From positions 18,912,001 through 18,972,000 of the forward strand of contig CM075989.1 of NCBI GenBank assembly GCA_038087875.1: a stretch of DNA of 60,000 nucleotides, in the 5' to 3' direction. Shown here piece by piece: positions 25,693 to 38,924 of the stretch; position 1 is the first letter of the stretch, and each line of letters starts with the position of its first letter. The notes beneath the pieces are model-generated. The model was not told where the DNA came from. It was given only the letters and a program-made list of their open reading frames with translations, and made no database searches. The stretch is from Malacoraja senta (Eukaryota). Made by a program: the position numbers and the translations under genes.

Positions 25693-27619
25693 GCAGATTT
25701 TCAAATGAAATAGAACAAGTTCTCATCGCCAATACATCATTTGTTTTAAATATCTAAGGCCACAACATACAGACAAACAAAGAATTCATGCATAAAAAGG
25801 TCACTGCATTAGTTCACCCATTCGAGTCCTGAATAACAAGTTACAGTTCACAAAGTTTGGAATCATCACCCTGAACAATGTTCTTTCAAAGCATATTTGC
25901 CCAATCTTAGTCCTGAATAATATTTGCACAGTTTAGGACTATTGACAGAAAGCAATGAAACTAAACGGAATTTAATTCGATTTTAAAAACACAGTACACG
26001 TGGATCGCTCTCATCCCCCATCTGCAAATACTATCCATGGATAACTATTACAGAGTTTAATACTGTTTTGTGACAATATCCGATTTGGGAATGAGCAAGC
26101 ATTTTACCGCTTCAGTCCACTTGCACTCAGTCCTGTCCGTGTGAAAATCAAAACCAGACTTGAATCTCAGAAGGACCACAGGTGAGCAGGTCTTACATAC
26201 AATGCCACAATCACACGTGATCCAACCCCTGCCACAGAACCCAAACAGTGACAATAAATATATAATTCAAATTGCAGATAGATTGAAATTAATGAGAATA
26301 AATACCAGCTAGTTTCTATGACAGGTCATCCGCCTGCAATTACAACCTCACAACTGGGTGGTAAACTGCAAATCGCTATCTGCTCATTCAAGAGTGTTTA
26401 GTGGAACTAGCAAATTATTACTTACTGCAGCTTAACGGGGTCATTAATGCAATAATATTGGAGACACATAGTGCGGTGGTAACTCAGCGGGTCAGACAGT
26501 GTCACATGGATAGGTGACGTTTCAGGCCAGGACCTACCTATCCATGTTATCTAGAGAAGCTGCCTGACCCACTGAGTTATCCCAGCACTTTGTTTCCTTT
26601 TGTGAAAACCAGCAGGTTTCTACAATATTTTGGGGGATCTGGATATGTAGTAGAAAACAGGAAAAGAAGAAGAATTGAAGAAAATTAAATTTAAATCTCT
26701 GTGCCAACTAAGGGGTCCCCAATTGAGGGATATTTTCATCTGTTAGAAATGTGTTAATATGCTCTAAAAACTAGCCCACATCATATAATGAAATGTGATT
26801 TACTTTTGAATAACAAGATCTTTAGCCAGAGTTTGGTCATCAGGAATGTGCCATTTTGCAGTTAAAAACCACAAGGCATTATTAAATGATAATAATGATT
26901 AAAATAATATTTTTTAATACTGAAGTGGAAGAGGGACTCTGCCAGCTCTTGATTGACTATACAAGTTCCTTAATCTTCCCGCTTGAATTTGTTTTTAAAA
27001 CTTTGAAAAGGAAAAATAAAATAAAATTCATGCCAAAATTGAAAATAACTGGCCCCAATAAAGTAATTAGACATAAACGTACATGAAAATCATGGAACAC
27101 TACTCATAAGCAATATAAGAGTTGGACTGAAATGTATTAAGCTGGAAAAATAGTTTAAAATGTTCACCCATGGAATTTGTACGTACTTTGCTGATGCTGA
27201 TAAATATCCTACCTGGAATAAAATATATGTCCCTTGCTCCTTCAGATGGCAATCCCGGTGTGTCTATCTGGTATCAGATGATTGGATTTCTATCGGTTAT
27301 GAGAGTTCATGTTAATTCTGCTTTCACTTGATATGTCACACTCTCTCTATACATTATATTAAAAATTGCCTGAAAAATGTAAATTGCCTTTTGTTATAGA
27401 GCAAAGCACTTCGATAGATATGGTTCAGTTAAATATTTGATATATTCAAGTCGAAAATAAAGCAAGCCATGATGCCTACAGCTCATAATGTGTGTAGTTT
27501 CTCCACGTTAATCCCTGAATTGTCATCATAATATCAATACATTCACCGACAGAGTTCACAGCTTTAGTCACCTGAACTTTTGTCACCGCTAAATAACAAC
27601 TCACCACAGTCTCAGCAGC

Positions 27620-28130
27620 AGCCAAGCACCTCAATCGCAGAGCACAGAAGTTGGGACATTACTTTACAGGTGGACATGAGGCTGGCGAGGCCACACTTGG
27701 TGCTCTGTGTTCTCTTTTGGTCACCCTGCCACAGGAAAGATGCCATTAAGCTGGAAAGAGTACAGAGATTTACAAGGATGTTGCCAGAACCTCAAACGGT
27801 CCCGAGCTATATGGAGAGGTTGGGCAGGCTAGGAATTTATTCCTTAGGAGGTTGAGGGGTGATCCTACAGGGATCTATAAAATCACGATGCAAATGCACA
27901 GAATGATTCACACAAGAACCAGAGAACATAGGTTGAAGGTGAGAAAAGAAAGATTTAATAAGAACATGAGGGGCATTTTTTCCACACACAGGTGGTGGGA
28001 ATATCATATGGCACGAGCTGCCAGAAGAAGCAGTTGACGCAGGTACAATAACAACATTTAAAAGACATTTGGACAGATACTTAGACCGGAAAGGTTTAGA
28101 GGAATATGGGCCAAATGGGATTGGCTCAGA
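27620..28130 (+). mobile_element. Degenerate CR1 LINE 3' fragment
   Basis: RPHLVLCVLFWSPCHRKDAIKLERVQRFTRMLP...SYMERLGRLGIYSL. Confidence 0.82.
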
Positions 28131-28214
28131 CTACTGAGTTACTCCAGCACTTTGGGTCTTTCTTGGTAAACCAGCATCTGCAGTTCCTTGTGTCAACACT
28201 ATTGAGCATTTGAT

Positions 28215-28623
28215 AGCCCAAGAGCTGCCCTGCACAACACCAGCTGACGCTTCTAAGGCCGCCTGGGTCAAGACGAGATGGAGAGACCAGTGGAAGTCAG
28301 CGGAACCATCCAGGCTACACCATTACATCAATGACCCCATGGACGTCCCAGGCCACGACCTGCCCCAAAAGCAGTGGACAACCCTCAACCGCTTGAGGAC
28401 AGGCATCGGACGCTATGGAGTAGCGATGAAGAGGTGGGGCCTCGTGGACAGCGCCTCCTGCGAGTGTGGGGACCCAACACAGACAGTGGAGCACATAGTC
28501 ACCAGTTGCCCCAAACACTGGCCACCGAATGGTGAACGAGGTCTGATTGACCTGGACGATGACACGTTGGCCTGGCTCGCCTCGACGGAGTTGCAGGTCT
28601 AAAAGACATACGACAGAAGAAGA
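28215..28623 (+). mobile_element. 5'-truncated Vingi/Ingi-like (I-group) non-LTR retrotransposon, 3' end
   Basis: Uninterrupted frame with WTTLNRLRTGIGR...KRWG...CECGDPTQTVEHIVTSCP (CCHC knuckle), stop at 28602, tail catacgacagaagaagaag, and TSD agcatttgat at 28205-28214 and 28624-28633. Confidence 0.75.
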
Positions 28624-29141
28624 AGCATTTGATTACTGCAATTGTATGCTGACAGTCAACCTAGCTATCTGAGCGAGCAGTGCTTGCAGGTAATTGCTGC
28701 TCCTCTGTCACTATACATTTAGGTCCATCGCTTGGACACCTAGCACATTGTAATCACTGACCCTCCATTTGGTTCATTGTTCGCAGACGCTTCCTTCACC
28801 CAGTATCCACAGCAGCACAAGTGCAAGGGCAGGCATGGTCAGATGCTGTGGTACCATTCCAGCCTGTCTTATAGAAAGTGCTCCTCCATGCTGGATATGA
28901 GCAGCTAACCCTGCAAACCAAGCGCTAACCAAACCCATGACAGGGGCGGGGCAGGCAAATGGAAATCAGGTCAAGCAGAAAAACAGGTAGCAGCCAAAGC
29001 TAATTTGAATGAGTTCTTAAAACTACTAATAAAATGTCAAACTAAATGCTTGATAGAATTATAAAATGATTCATCACAAATTTTCAATCAGAAAGCCTGT
29101 TGGAATGTGTAGGAAGGAACTGCAGATGCTGGTTTACACCA

Positions 29142-29241
29142 AAGATAGACACAAAATGCTGGATTAACTCAGCGGGACAGGCAGCATCTCCAGAGATGCT
29201 GCCCGTCCCACTGAGTTAATCCAGCATTTTGTGTCTATCTT
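29142..29241. repeat. Near-perfect 49-bp inverted repeat made of Penelope terminal-repeat sequence
   Basis: Arms 29142-29190 and 29193-29241 are 47/49 complementary, with a 2-nt spacer. Confidence 0.9.
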
Positions 29242-29919
29242 CATTATTAGAATGGAATGGACAGACAAAGTTTCAGGACAGGATCGTTCTTCAAACATCA
29301 TTGACGAAGGGCCCCAACTCGAAACCTCATCCCTCCATTTTACTCCAGAGATGCTGCCTGACCCGCTGAATTACTCCAGCTTTTTGTGTCTATCTTCAGC
29401 TTGTTGGAATGGGCATATTGGCATCATTCCCACCACAGGGAGAGAAGATACCCCCCCCCCCCCCCGCCTGTTATTGTCAGACACTGAGCAGTCAGCTCAA
29501 ATGACCAAGTCCGCGCCACTTGAATTATTTAACAGACCTTTGCAGCTTAGTCAGAATGTGAAAGAAACAATTGTTAGGCTCATCAATTCCAATTTAGTTG
29601 GTGCACAATTGGTCTCATTTTTTTTTTCAAATGATATGCTGAGGAGTTTGAAGGAACTGGCCAGGCACCAATGTCACAAATTACTGAGACAACTGCGTTC
29701 CCCTTAAGTAAAGTTTTAGCCAGTTCAGGCAATTATGAGACCACAAAGATGAGAAGAGGGATAAAAAGTCTCCCCTTGTCACCCCATCCCACTGAGCGGA
29801 CAATTGATCCAAGATCGAATCAGCTAATCACTTTTCAGAGAAAGTAAATGCACGTGTAGAGATAGAAGCCTAGACATAGCACGTGGTGTTCATTTATTTA
29901 TGACAGAGGGGGAAACTAG

Positions 29920-30209
29920 ATTTAAAGATACAGCGTGGAAATAGGTCCTTCAGCCCACCGAATCCACGTCGACCAATAATCACCCGTACACTAATTCTAT
30001 CCGTCACACTAGGGACAATTTACAGATGCCTTTTAACTTATAAATCTGCATGTCTTCGGAGTGTGGGAGTAAACCGGAGCACCCAGAGAAAACCCACACG
30101 GTCACAGGGAGAACATGCAAACTCCGTACAGACAGCACCCGTAGTCAGCATCGAACCCGGGTCTCTGGGGCTGTAAGGCAACAACTCTACCGCTGCGCCA
30201 CCGTGCCGC
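29920..30209 (-). mobile_element. HE1/V-SINE-type element
   Basis: Reverse complement of the same SINE consensus. Confidence 0.85.
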
Positions 30210-31324
30210 TCTCATTTCCCGGGGAGATCTCTCGGCGAGAACAGTCTGTCTGCACTCGTTGAAACTCAGACTTGGAGAACAGAGTGAAAATGGCACCAAC
30301 TGCCTTACTTACTGGAACACAGTAACAGTGGAATGAATCGACAATGAAGAATGCGACCACTCTCAGACCTGCAGGCCTCTGATCGTCATTAGCTTTAGGT
30401 CAGATTCCGTATCCCAATTAGCCGATTCAAGAGTCAGGATGACCAGAAACCCCTCTCCTCTCCCGAGCACTGACGGCAATTTCTTTTGAAGGCTACCTGT
30501 TTGTACACGGCCCTGCCCTTGCAGAAACTGGCTACGTGTGTGAAACAGCACCACAATGGTTCCCTATAAAAGCAAATGGCCTGTTTGGCTTCCATACCCA
30601 CACATTGTGTTTAACTTTATACAAGAAATATGATTCCGCTTATTTAAAAAAAAAAAAAAGTTTGTCATTAATCCATTGTCTTTATCCTAAATCAACATTA
30701 CTGCTTAGCACTGAATGTACTCTATTATTTTTGGTTTCAACTTGAAGATTTCAAACAAATAGGCTCTTCGAATCACTACTAATGTCTACAGGATTGTCGG
30801 GTAAAATAAGATCTCTTCCTTTCGGTTTAATCTAATTTTGCAAAAATATAATAAGGTCGTGTTTTGGTTGTGATTTAATTACTTCAACGAAGCTTAATGT
30901 TGGAGTAATGCACTCACCTCTGACCCAGACCCACACGTGTTGGACATTAGGAGAAAGCACAGCAGCCAACACGTGTAAGATGGACAATGGGCTTCGGATT
31001 TGAAACCGGGTTGACCGCACTGCTTAGCACACAAGTTCAGCCCAGCACTAATTGGGCGGCGACAAGCACACACTGCAAATCTTGCTGTGGGAATATAAAA
31101 CAGCGAGTGGAGATGGCAGAGGGAGACGCAGAGGTAACAGCAGCTCACACTTCACACCAAAGACGCACAGTCTCCCGCTCGTCCCCTGCCACGTCGAAGT
31201 ATACAAAGCAATGGCTTAGATTTAAAGCAGATTTAAAACCCGGAAATCAAACGAAGTCACACAGTCTATGCACACGTAACGGAAAAACCGATTATCCTTC
31301 AGCATCCTGGGAGCGTGGATCCCA

Positions 31325-31388
31325 TTAATCAAGGCTCTGGTAGGAAGATGTGGCCGAGGGGTCATCTTGGTGCCCGGTGTCTCCAGAT
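31325..31388 (-). CDS. LYSMD2: LYSMD2 last coding exon with stop
   Basis: ctttacttcccacag acceptor, phase compatible with exon 2. Encodes (G)SGDTGHQDDPSATSSYQSLD-TAA, resembling the recalled mammalian end DEESPYATSLYHS. Total CDS is 636 nt, 211 aa. Confidence 0.82.
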
Positions 31389-31874
31389 CTGTGGGAAGTA
31401 AAGAATTTGATTATTGCACGGCAAAGATGGTGACACAATATCTTTGGAGAAACAACAGTCTTAAAAGAAAGCATATTAAAATGATATTTTTTTGAATCGA
31501 TCTTTGGTTGCGAAGGCGTGAAGGTTTTGAGAATGGCAACATTTGGAAGTGAAGGCACCACATTTATTACAAGCTGTAAACTAATTTGCATGGTTTTAGT
31601 GAGAAAATATGTCACACAGGAGCTCTGTCAAGCTGTCATAATGCTTGGCATATACGGTCCCTGACTCAACGACACGTTGGATGTTAACACTTTGATCAGA
31701 TCTCAGGTGTGGAATAACCAAAAGCTTCACACTGCAATCTACAACCCATCCGCCCGTCTGATGCTGCCTGTCCCGCAGAGTTACTCCAGCATTTTGTGTC
31801 TATCGTCGGTTTTAAACCAGCATCTGCAGTTCCTTCCTATTCATGCCATTTCATACCGGTTAATCTGATAGATT

Positions 31875-32347
31875 CATAGGGTCATACAGTATGGAGACGG
31901 GCCCTTCGGCCCAACTCGTCCATGATGGCCCATCTAATCCAGTCCCATTTGCCTCCATTTAAATCTTTCCCTCTAAATCTTTCCTATCCATAAAACTGTC
32001 CAAATGTCTTTTAAATATGTTATTGTACCTGCCTTAACTACCTTGCTGCTTTGGCAGCCACTCTCCATACACCCACCTGTGTTAAAATGTTACCCCTCAA
32101 GCTCCTACTAAATCTTTCACCTCTCACCCTAAACCTGTACCCTCTAGTTTCTTGCTTCTCCAACCATGAGGAAAGAATTACTGTACAATTCACCTTATCT
32201 ATTCCCCTCATGATTTTATACACCTCTATAAGATCACCCCTCAGCCTCCTGTACTCCAAGGAATAAAGTCCTAGGCTTGCCCAACCCCTCCTTATTGCTC
32301 TGGGCTCCGAGTTCTGGCAACATCCTCGTAAATCTTCTCTGCACTCT
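31875..32347 (-). mobile_element. CR1 LINE 3' fragment
   Basis: EYRRLRGDLIEVYKIMRGIDKV...TRGYRFRVRGERF. Confidence 0.85.
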
Positions 32348-33635
32348 TGATAAATCGAAGGAGGACAACAATATAAATCAAAGTACTTTACGGGGAGATA
32401 AATGTTTAACTACAAAATAAGGACATTAAAGGTAGGAGCCAGGCATAAAATTGGGATTTAAGCAACAGAATTCCCATTGCAGAGCGAGCTATAGAGATGA
32501 ATGGCTGCTATTTATATTATTGTTTACAAGGTCTGTAGTTGACTTGAAGGATTTACAGACTGATACCGATGGGCTCACAGGAACTGAAGAGTATTTGGCA
32601 GCACTAGATAAAGCTATCTATTCAACACATCCCCAACAGTATGTTCTCTGCACAGTGTAATGGATGTGTTCCAAGTCACCAACTCTCTCCACTGTGAAGA
32701 GCGTGTGAGACCAGAACTGTACACATTGTTCCAAGTATGGTCCAGCATTTTCTGTTTTTATTTAAGAAAAGCTCCGGTATTTGACTGCTCATTTGATCGA
32801 GATCATCGCTGATATTCAGATTGTGGCACATGAAAAGCAGAAAAGCTCATGCAGACAAGTTTTCAGAAATTAAAACAGAGAATGAAAGATTCACTCAACA
32901 AGCAGGTGTGATCAATGTTTTTGAACAATGAGTCTCCTTTCTCCATGGATGCAGATTAAGCTGCTGAGTTTTTCACTTAAGATAGACACAAAATACTGGA
33001 GAAACTTAGCGGGACAGGCAGCATCTCTGGCAGAAAGGAATAGGTGACATTTGGGGTCGAGAACCTTCTTCAGACTGGGAAGCAGGGAAGAGGGAAACAA
33101 GAGGTATGAAAAGGTACAGAACAAATCAGGGCTGGTACCGATGGCCAATGAGCCCACAATGGTCCATTGTTGGCTGTGGAGATGATATCGGAGGGATACA
33201 AACAGTGAAACTAGCCAGGTCGACTAGGGTTGGGGGAGGGATGGACGGAGAGAGAGGGAATGCAAGGGTCACTTTTCAGATTTGCAATCACCATTTCTTC
33301 TACTGACGCAACAACATGTGAAAATTTGCGTTTTGATTCTAATCTTGTAGCTAGCTTGTCAATCCAATTATAATGCACCACACCTATTTCACACAGAGAC
33401 GGTGACAGCATCTGCCATGGACAGATGCTCATCTGAGACAATGCAGGATTTAACACAAGCATAACTTGAATATTCCCAATGTCGTCATTCAACTAATCTA
33501 GTTTATTGGCAACGGTATACTGTGGAACCTTGACTGAACATGCTAAAGCTGCGCATTTATTTAAGATCTTCTTAAGTTGTTCCCTTAAATATACCTGCAA
33601 ACTTGTAAACTTGCAGACTTGTAAACTAGAATATA

Positions 33636-34140
33636 ACAGCTCCATCCAAGACCGCAAGAAATTGCAGGGGATTGCGGACGCAGCCCAGACCATCACACAA
33701 ACCAACCTCACTTCCATCGACTCCATTTATACCTCACGCTGCCTCGGCAAGGCCAGCAGCATAATCAAGGACGAGTTGCACCCCGGCCACTCCCTCTTTT
33801 GCCCTTTCCCATCGGGCAAAACGTATAGAAGCGTGAAAACGCACACCTCCAGATTCAGGGACAGTTTCTTCCCAGCTGTTAGTTATCAGGCAACTGAACC
33901 ATCCTACCACAACTAGAGAGCAGTCCTGAACTACTATCTACCTCATTGGAGCGCCTCGGACAATGTTTGATCGGACTTAACTGGCGTTAATTTGCACTAA
34001 AGGTTATTCACGTTGTTCCCTTTATCATGTATCTGTACACTGTGGATAGCGCGATGGTAATCACACATTGTCTTTCCGCTGACTGGTTAGCACGTAACAA
34101 AAGCTTTTCACTGTACCTCGATACACGTGACAATAATCTA
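33636..34140 (+). mobile_element. Rex1/Babar-type LINE, 3' fragment
   Basis: DRKKLQ...AQTITQTNLTSIDSIYTSRCLGKASSIIKDELHPGHSLF...PSGKTYRSVKTHTSRFRDSFFPAV, then a 3' UTR ending gtgacaataa. Related UTR pieces at about 2180-2380, 4420-4670, 5370-5555, 34358-34630 and 43350-43965. Confidence 0.75.
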
Positions 34141-35169
34141 AATTATACAAAAATATAAACAGTAGCCATTCTTCTATGGAGCTTGTTATGTTCCATAAAA
34201 TCCCACTTTGCTTCCTGGCCCCTACCATATTGTCCCTATTCTGTAATGAAGCATTTATCTTTCTTTCAGATACTTTGATTGATATTTATGCTCACTAAGA
34301 CCTCGTTACCCACTGAGGGACAACATTTTGCACAGAGCAAGTAGTGCCAATTATAAAGTTTAGTTTAGTTTAGTTTAATATTTCCAAGTGTTCTGAGGTA
34401 CAGTGAAAAGCATTTTTGTTGTGTGCTATCCAGTCAGCGAAAAGACTACACATGATTACAAACAAGCCATCCGCAGTTTACAGATACAGGATAAAGGAAT
34501 AATTTTTAGTGCAAAATAAAGTTCAGTAAAATCCGATACACGATAGCCCGATGATCTCCAATGAGATAGATGGTATGTCAGGACCGCTCTCTAGATGGTG
34601 ATAAGATGGTTCAGTTGCCCTATAACAGCTAGTATTATTATTGTAGAGTTTAAATTACAGTTTAATTTAGTTTAGAGATACAGTCTGGATACAGGCTGTT
34701 CGATCTGAAGAATGGTCCCAAACCAAAATGTCACCTATCCATTTTCTCCAGTGATGCTGCCTGACCTGAGTTACTCCAGCATTTTGTGTCTATCTTTAGC
34801 ATTCTGATGAACCTCTTCTAAATCTTCTCCACAACCTCCACTTCCATCCTATAATTAGGCGACCAGAACTGCACGCAATATATTTAATAAATATATCTAT
34901 TGAATATATTTACGGCAAAGATTGACAGGCACGGGAGTCAGGAGTATGAGAAGGGAATGGTAAGTGATGTGGAGGCCAAGATTTGATTAGCCGTGGTCTT
35001 AGGGAAAGGCACAATGGGTTCCACAGATCAGTTTCTTGTCCTCCTATGTACCACTTTGGTCATCTATTTTGTACACCTGAACCATCTAATAGTTCAATGG
35101 TACAATGGTTCTTGATTGTCATGTCTGCACAGTGAAATTCTTTTTGCATAGCCCACATATCTAAGCTGA

Positions 35170-35460
35170 GGGCGGCACGGTGGTGCAGCAGTAGAGTTGC
35201 TGCCTTACAGCGCCAGAGACCCGGGTTCGATCCTGACTACGGGTGCTGTCTGTATGGAGTTTGCATGTTCTCCCTGTGACTGTGTGGGGGGTTTTCCGGG
35301 TGCTCCGGTTTCCTCCCACACTCCAAAGACGTACAGGTTTGTAGGTTAATTGGTTTTGGTAAAGTTGTAAATTGTCCCTAATGTGTAGGATAGTGCTAGT
35401 GCACTGGATGATCGCTGGTCGGCACGGACTCAGTGGGCCGAAGGGCCTGTTCCCGCTAAA
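35170..35460 (+). mobile_element. HE1/V-SINE-type element, near full length
   Basis: gggcggcacggtgg...ggttcgatcc...tggagtttgcatgttctccc...gggccgaagggcctg. Confidence 0.88.
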
Positions 35461-38400
35461 GTACCACTAAAGTCTAACGGAACGCTGCACAGCTCTGAGC
35501 TATACAGTCCGAGTTTAACTAGCTAGCCCTTTATCACAACTAGTTGTACCCTGTGCAGCAACCTGGGTACATGCCAGAATCCCTCCTTGGCCAATGTCTC
35601 CCTCCTGCAGTGCTATACTCTCGCCTTCATTGAATATTCCAAATGAAAAATCAGCAGCTTTCTCAGCAACTGCAGTAGCATATCTCAGCATTAATATTCA
35701 ATGCGTCAGCTGAAGTCCAGCATCTCAGTTCTTTATGATTTATAGATTCCCAAACCAATTTTGTTTATCCAGGAACTGAAAGTGCTTCTCCATAAAGTCT
35801 GCAATCTCTTGTGCTGGTCATCTTCCCAAGGTACAGCATCGCACACTTGTGCTAAATAGTGCCACGGACAGTGTCTCCATTGACATCTGCAGTAGCTATG
35901 CAGAAAATGTTGATGATACATAACTAAGTCCACTAAGTCTTGGGTGTGTTGCCGCTGTGAGGCTGGCACTGGGTTAAACCAACATAGAACAGCACAGTGC
36001 AGGAACTGGCTCTTCGGCCCACTATGACTGTGCTGAACATGATACCAACCCTTATCTGCCTGTGTGTGATCCATATCCCTCCATTCCCCGAATATCCATG
36101 TGCCTATCAAAAACCTTTTAAACACTCCCATCATATCTGTCTCCACCACCACCACCCCCAGCCGCATGTTTCAGGCTTCCACCACCCTCTGTGTATAAAA
36201 AAAAGAGGATATGCTTTTAAAATGTACATATTGTAAAGATTAATGCAATTCAGATAACTCCTACATTGGTTTATCCAACAGTGCTCCAAAGAGAGAAGTG
36301 GAACAACCTTCCTTAACCTCAACACACGGTAACCACAGGCCCAACCAACACACACGTGCCCTGGGTCACTGTCCCCATGGCATTGTGTGTCCAGATTTGA
36401 TTTCTATATATTCCCAACTCAACTTGCCTGCTTAATGAACAAGGGATTGAAGTTACAGGGCTTGGTGGAATGTGGAACTGGCGCCATAATTAGCTCATTG
36501 ATGAGCATATGGAACAGCAGAGAAGTCTCGAGGGGCCAAGTGGACTTTCCTGCTGCTAATTTGTATGCAAGTCGCTGAGGAGGAATTCCTTTAGCCAGAG
36601 GGTGATGAATCTGTGGAATTAATTGCCACCGAAGGCTGTGGAGGCCAAGTCAATGGGTATATTTAAAGCAGAGAATGACAGAACCTTGATTAGTACGGGT
36701 GTCAGGGGTTACGGGGAGAAGGCAGGAGAATGGGGTTGAGAGGGAACGATAGATCAGCCATGATTGAATGGAGTAGACTTGATGGGCCAAATGCCTATTT
36801 CTGCTCCTATCCCTTATGAACTTATGAAGTTCAAAAATGATTCAGGAACGCTTCTTTCAACACTCGGTGGTGTTAAAAAAACAACCCATAGGTTTGAATG
36901 GATCTCAGGAGTACGGCTGTCAACAAAAGCAGTAAAATAAATGGAGTCCCTCCGCAGATGCTGCCCCACCCGCTGAGTTACTCCGGCAATTTTTGTATTG
37001 ATCTAGATTCCAGCATCTGCAGTCCCTTTTGTCTCCAAAATAAATTGCCTGACCCACTTAGTTACTCCAGCATTTTGTGTCTATCACCAGGTTTATTTGA
37101 AGGCCTAAACTTGCAACATTTCTGGTCCATTGCAACATAACTGCAAAATTGCAGTATATGGTGGGACAACAGAATATTTAGCGATTCTCTAATCAAAAAT
37201 AAAACTATTCTCCATGTTGGCAAATGTTCACATTCACAAGCTGGGCAACAAGAAGCTGTTAAATTTACATTCACAGCAATACAACAAAATGTCACTTTGC
37301 AAACTACATATTCCATGAGGGCAAAGCACTGAAGATTAAAACCTATACTTTGTTCAGGGATCTTTGGGGGGTGGAGGGGAGGAGGGATGTACATTGGTTC
37401 ATGTAAACAATGTGAAAATGAAAATCAATGGAAAATAAACTTCACATTTGGAAAATAATAGGATGCATTTAGTCGATGTGCAGCTCGGTGAGGAAGATAT
37501 TTCTAAAATCCGAGTAAAAAAATGCTTTTCAGTGCATTCAAACCGTATGAAGTTTGACATGTTGAACTTACCACTGAAATGGGTCATCAGAAGTACCGCT
37601 GACAACAAGAAAAGTCACTACAAGTGCATAATACAGTAGGAATTAAGGAAGTTCAGAATGTCATAGCAATGTGAAAACTAATGAAAGTTGGAACTAGAAT
37701 GGGGTTTGAGGAGAATAAATGTTGAGAATATCAAATGTACAGCATTTTACAAAGAAAAAAACAGTAGCCTTGAAATAAAATATCCTCGTACTGTTATTGT
37801 GAAGTACCAGGCATGTGACAAAAATGTGTCTCCAGTTAACAATGTTGCTCTCAATATTTAATGTTTGATGCAACGTTTGTTCCAATCGCCCCCAGCACTA
37901 CAGCAAACACAAGACTCAAACCACGGTCAAGGGAAACCTTGTTAGTGAGCTTCTCTCTCCTCAAGGCTGGGCAAGACCTGAATTACTGCAAGTAAAATCC
38001 TTCAAACTCAGATGAGACGGACAACCAGATGACAGAAAGTGTAGGAAGGAACTGCAGCTGCTGGTTCACACCAAAGATAAGAGACACAAAATGCTGGAGT
38101 AACTCAGCGGGACAGGCAGCATCTCCGGAGAGAAGGGATGGGTGACGTTTCAGGTCGAGACCCTTCTTCAGACTGAGAGTCAGGGGCGAGGGAAACTAGA
38201 GATATGGAAGGGTACATAGTGCATGCAAGGTGTGAATAGGACAGATCAAAGCAGACGATGATCAAGGAAATGTACAAACAGAAAAGGAGAAGGACAACGA
38301 GGTGACTGAATTTTGAGTTAACTGGTTATCCGCTGGCAAATTCAATGCATGTATATCACACCAGGAAAAGTTACAGCCTGATAGACAATAGACAATAGGT

Positions 38401-38924
38401 GCAGGAGTAAGCCATTCGGCCCTTCGAGCCAGCAGCGCCATTCAATGTGATCATGGCTGATCCCCAATCAGTACCCCGTTCCTGCCTTCTCCCCATATCC
38501 CCTCACTCCGCTATTTTTAAGAGCCCTATCTAGCTCTCTCTTGAAAGCACAATGAGTGTCCCGAGACTCTTTTGACAACATCCTCTCCACCAATGTGTCA
38601 GAAATAAATAAATCTCTGGTTGCCACTTTAAGTTCAGTGTGGCTTCATGGCCAAGTTAAGACCATGACAATTTTTTTAAACTTTTGATTTGAAGCATACA
38701 AGATGGCGCCTGAAACGTGGCGTCTCTTGTGCACCGACTCAGCGTGGTCTATTGTCTGACACTCTTATATTTACCAGGAGTGAGCCTAATGTATAGTAGG
38801 ATTATCACTGAACTGTAGGAAAAATATATCGCTATACTTAGGTACACATGAAAATAAAATACCATTGAACCATGTTGCACACATTCCACCCAGAATCTGG
38901 AGACTCAGGTCTAAACACCTCCAC

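Noticed and set aside
29851..30975. Cluster of four CACGTG E-boxes
   Set aside because: They lie downstream of the LYSMD2 stop codon, and a few hexamers are not meaningful without conservation or chromatin data.
35170..35245. tRNA genes at SINE heads
   Set aside because: A/B boxes are present, but each head continues into the SINE core and tail and lacks a proper cloverleaf.
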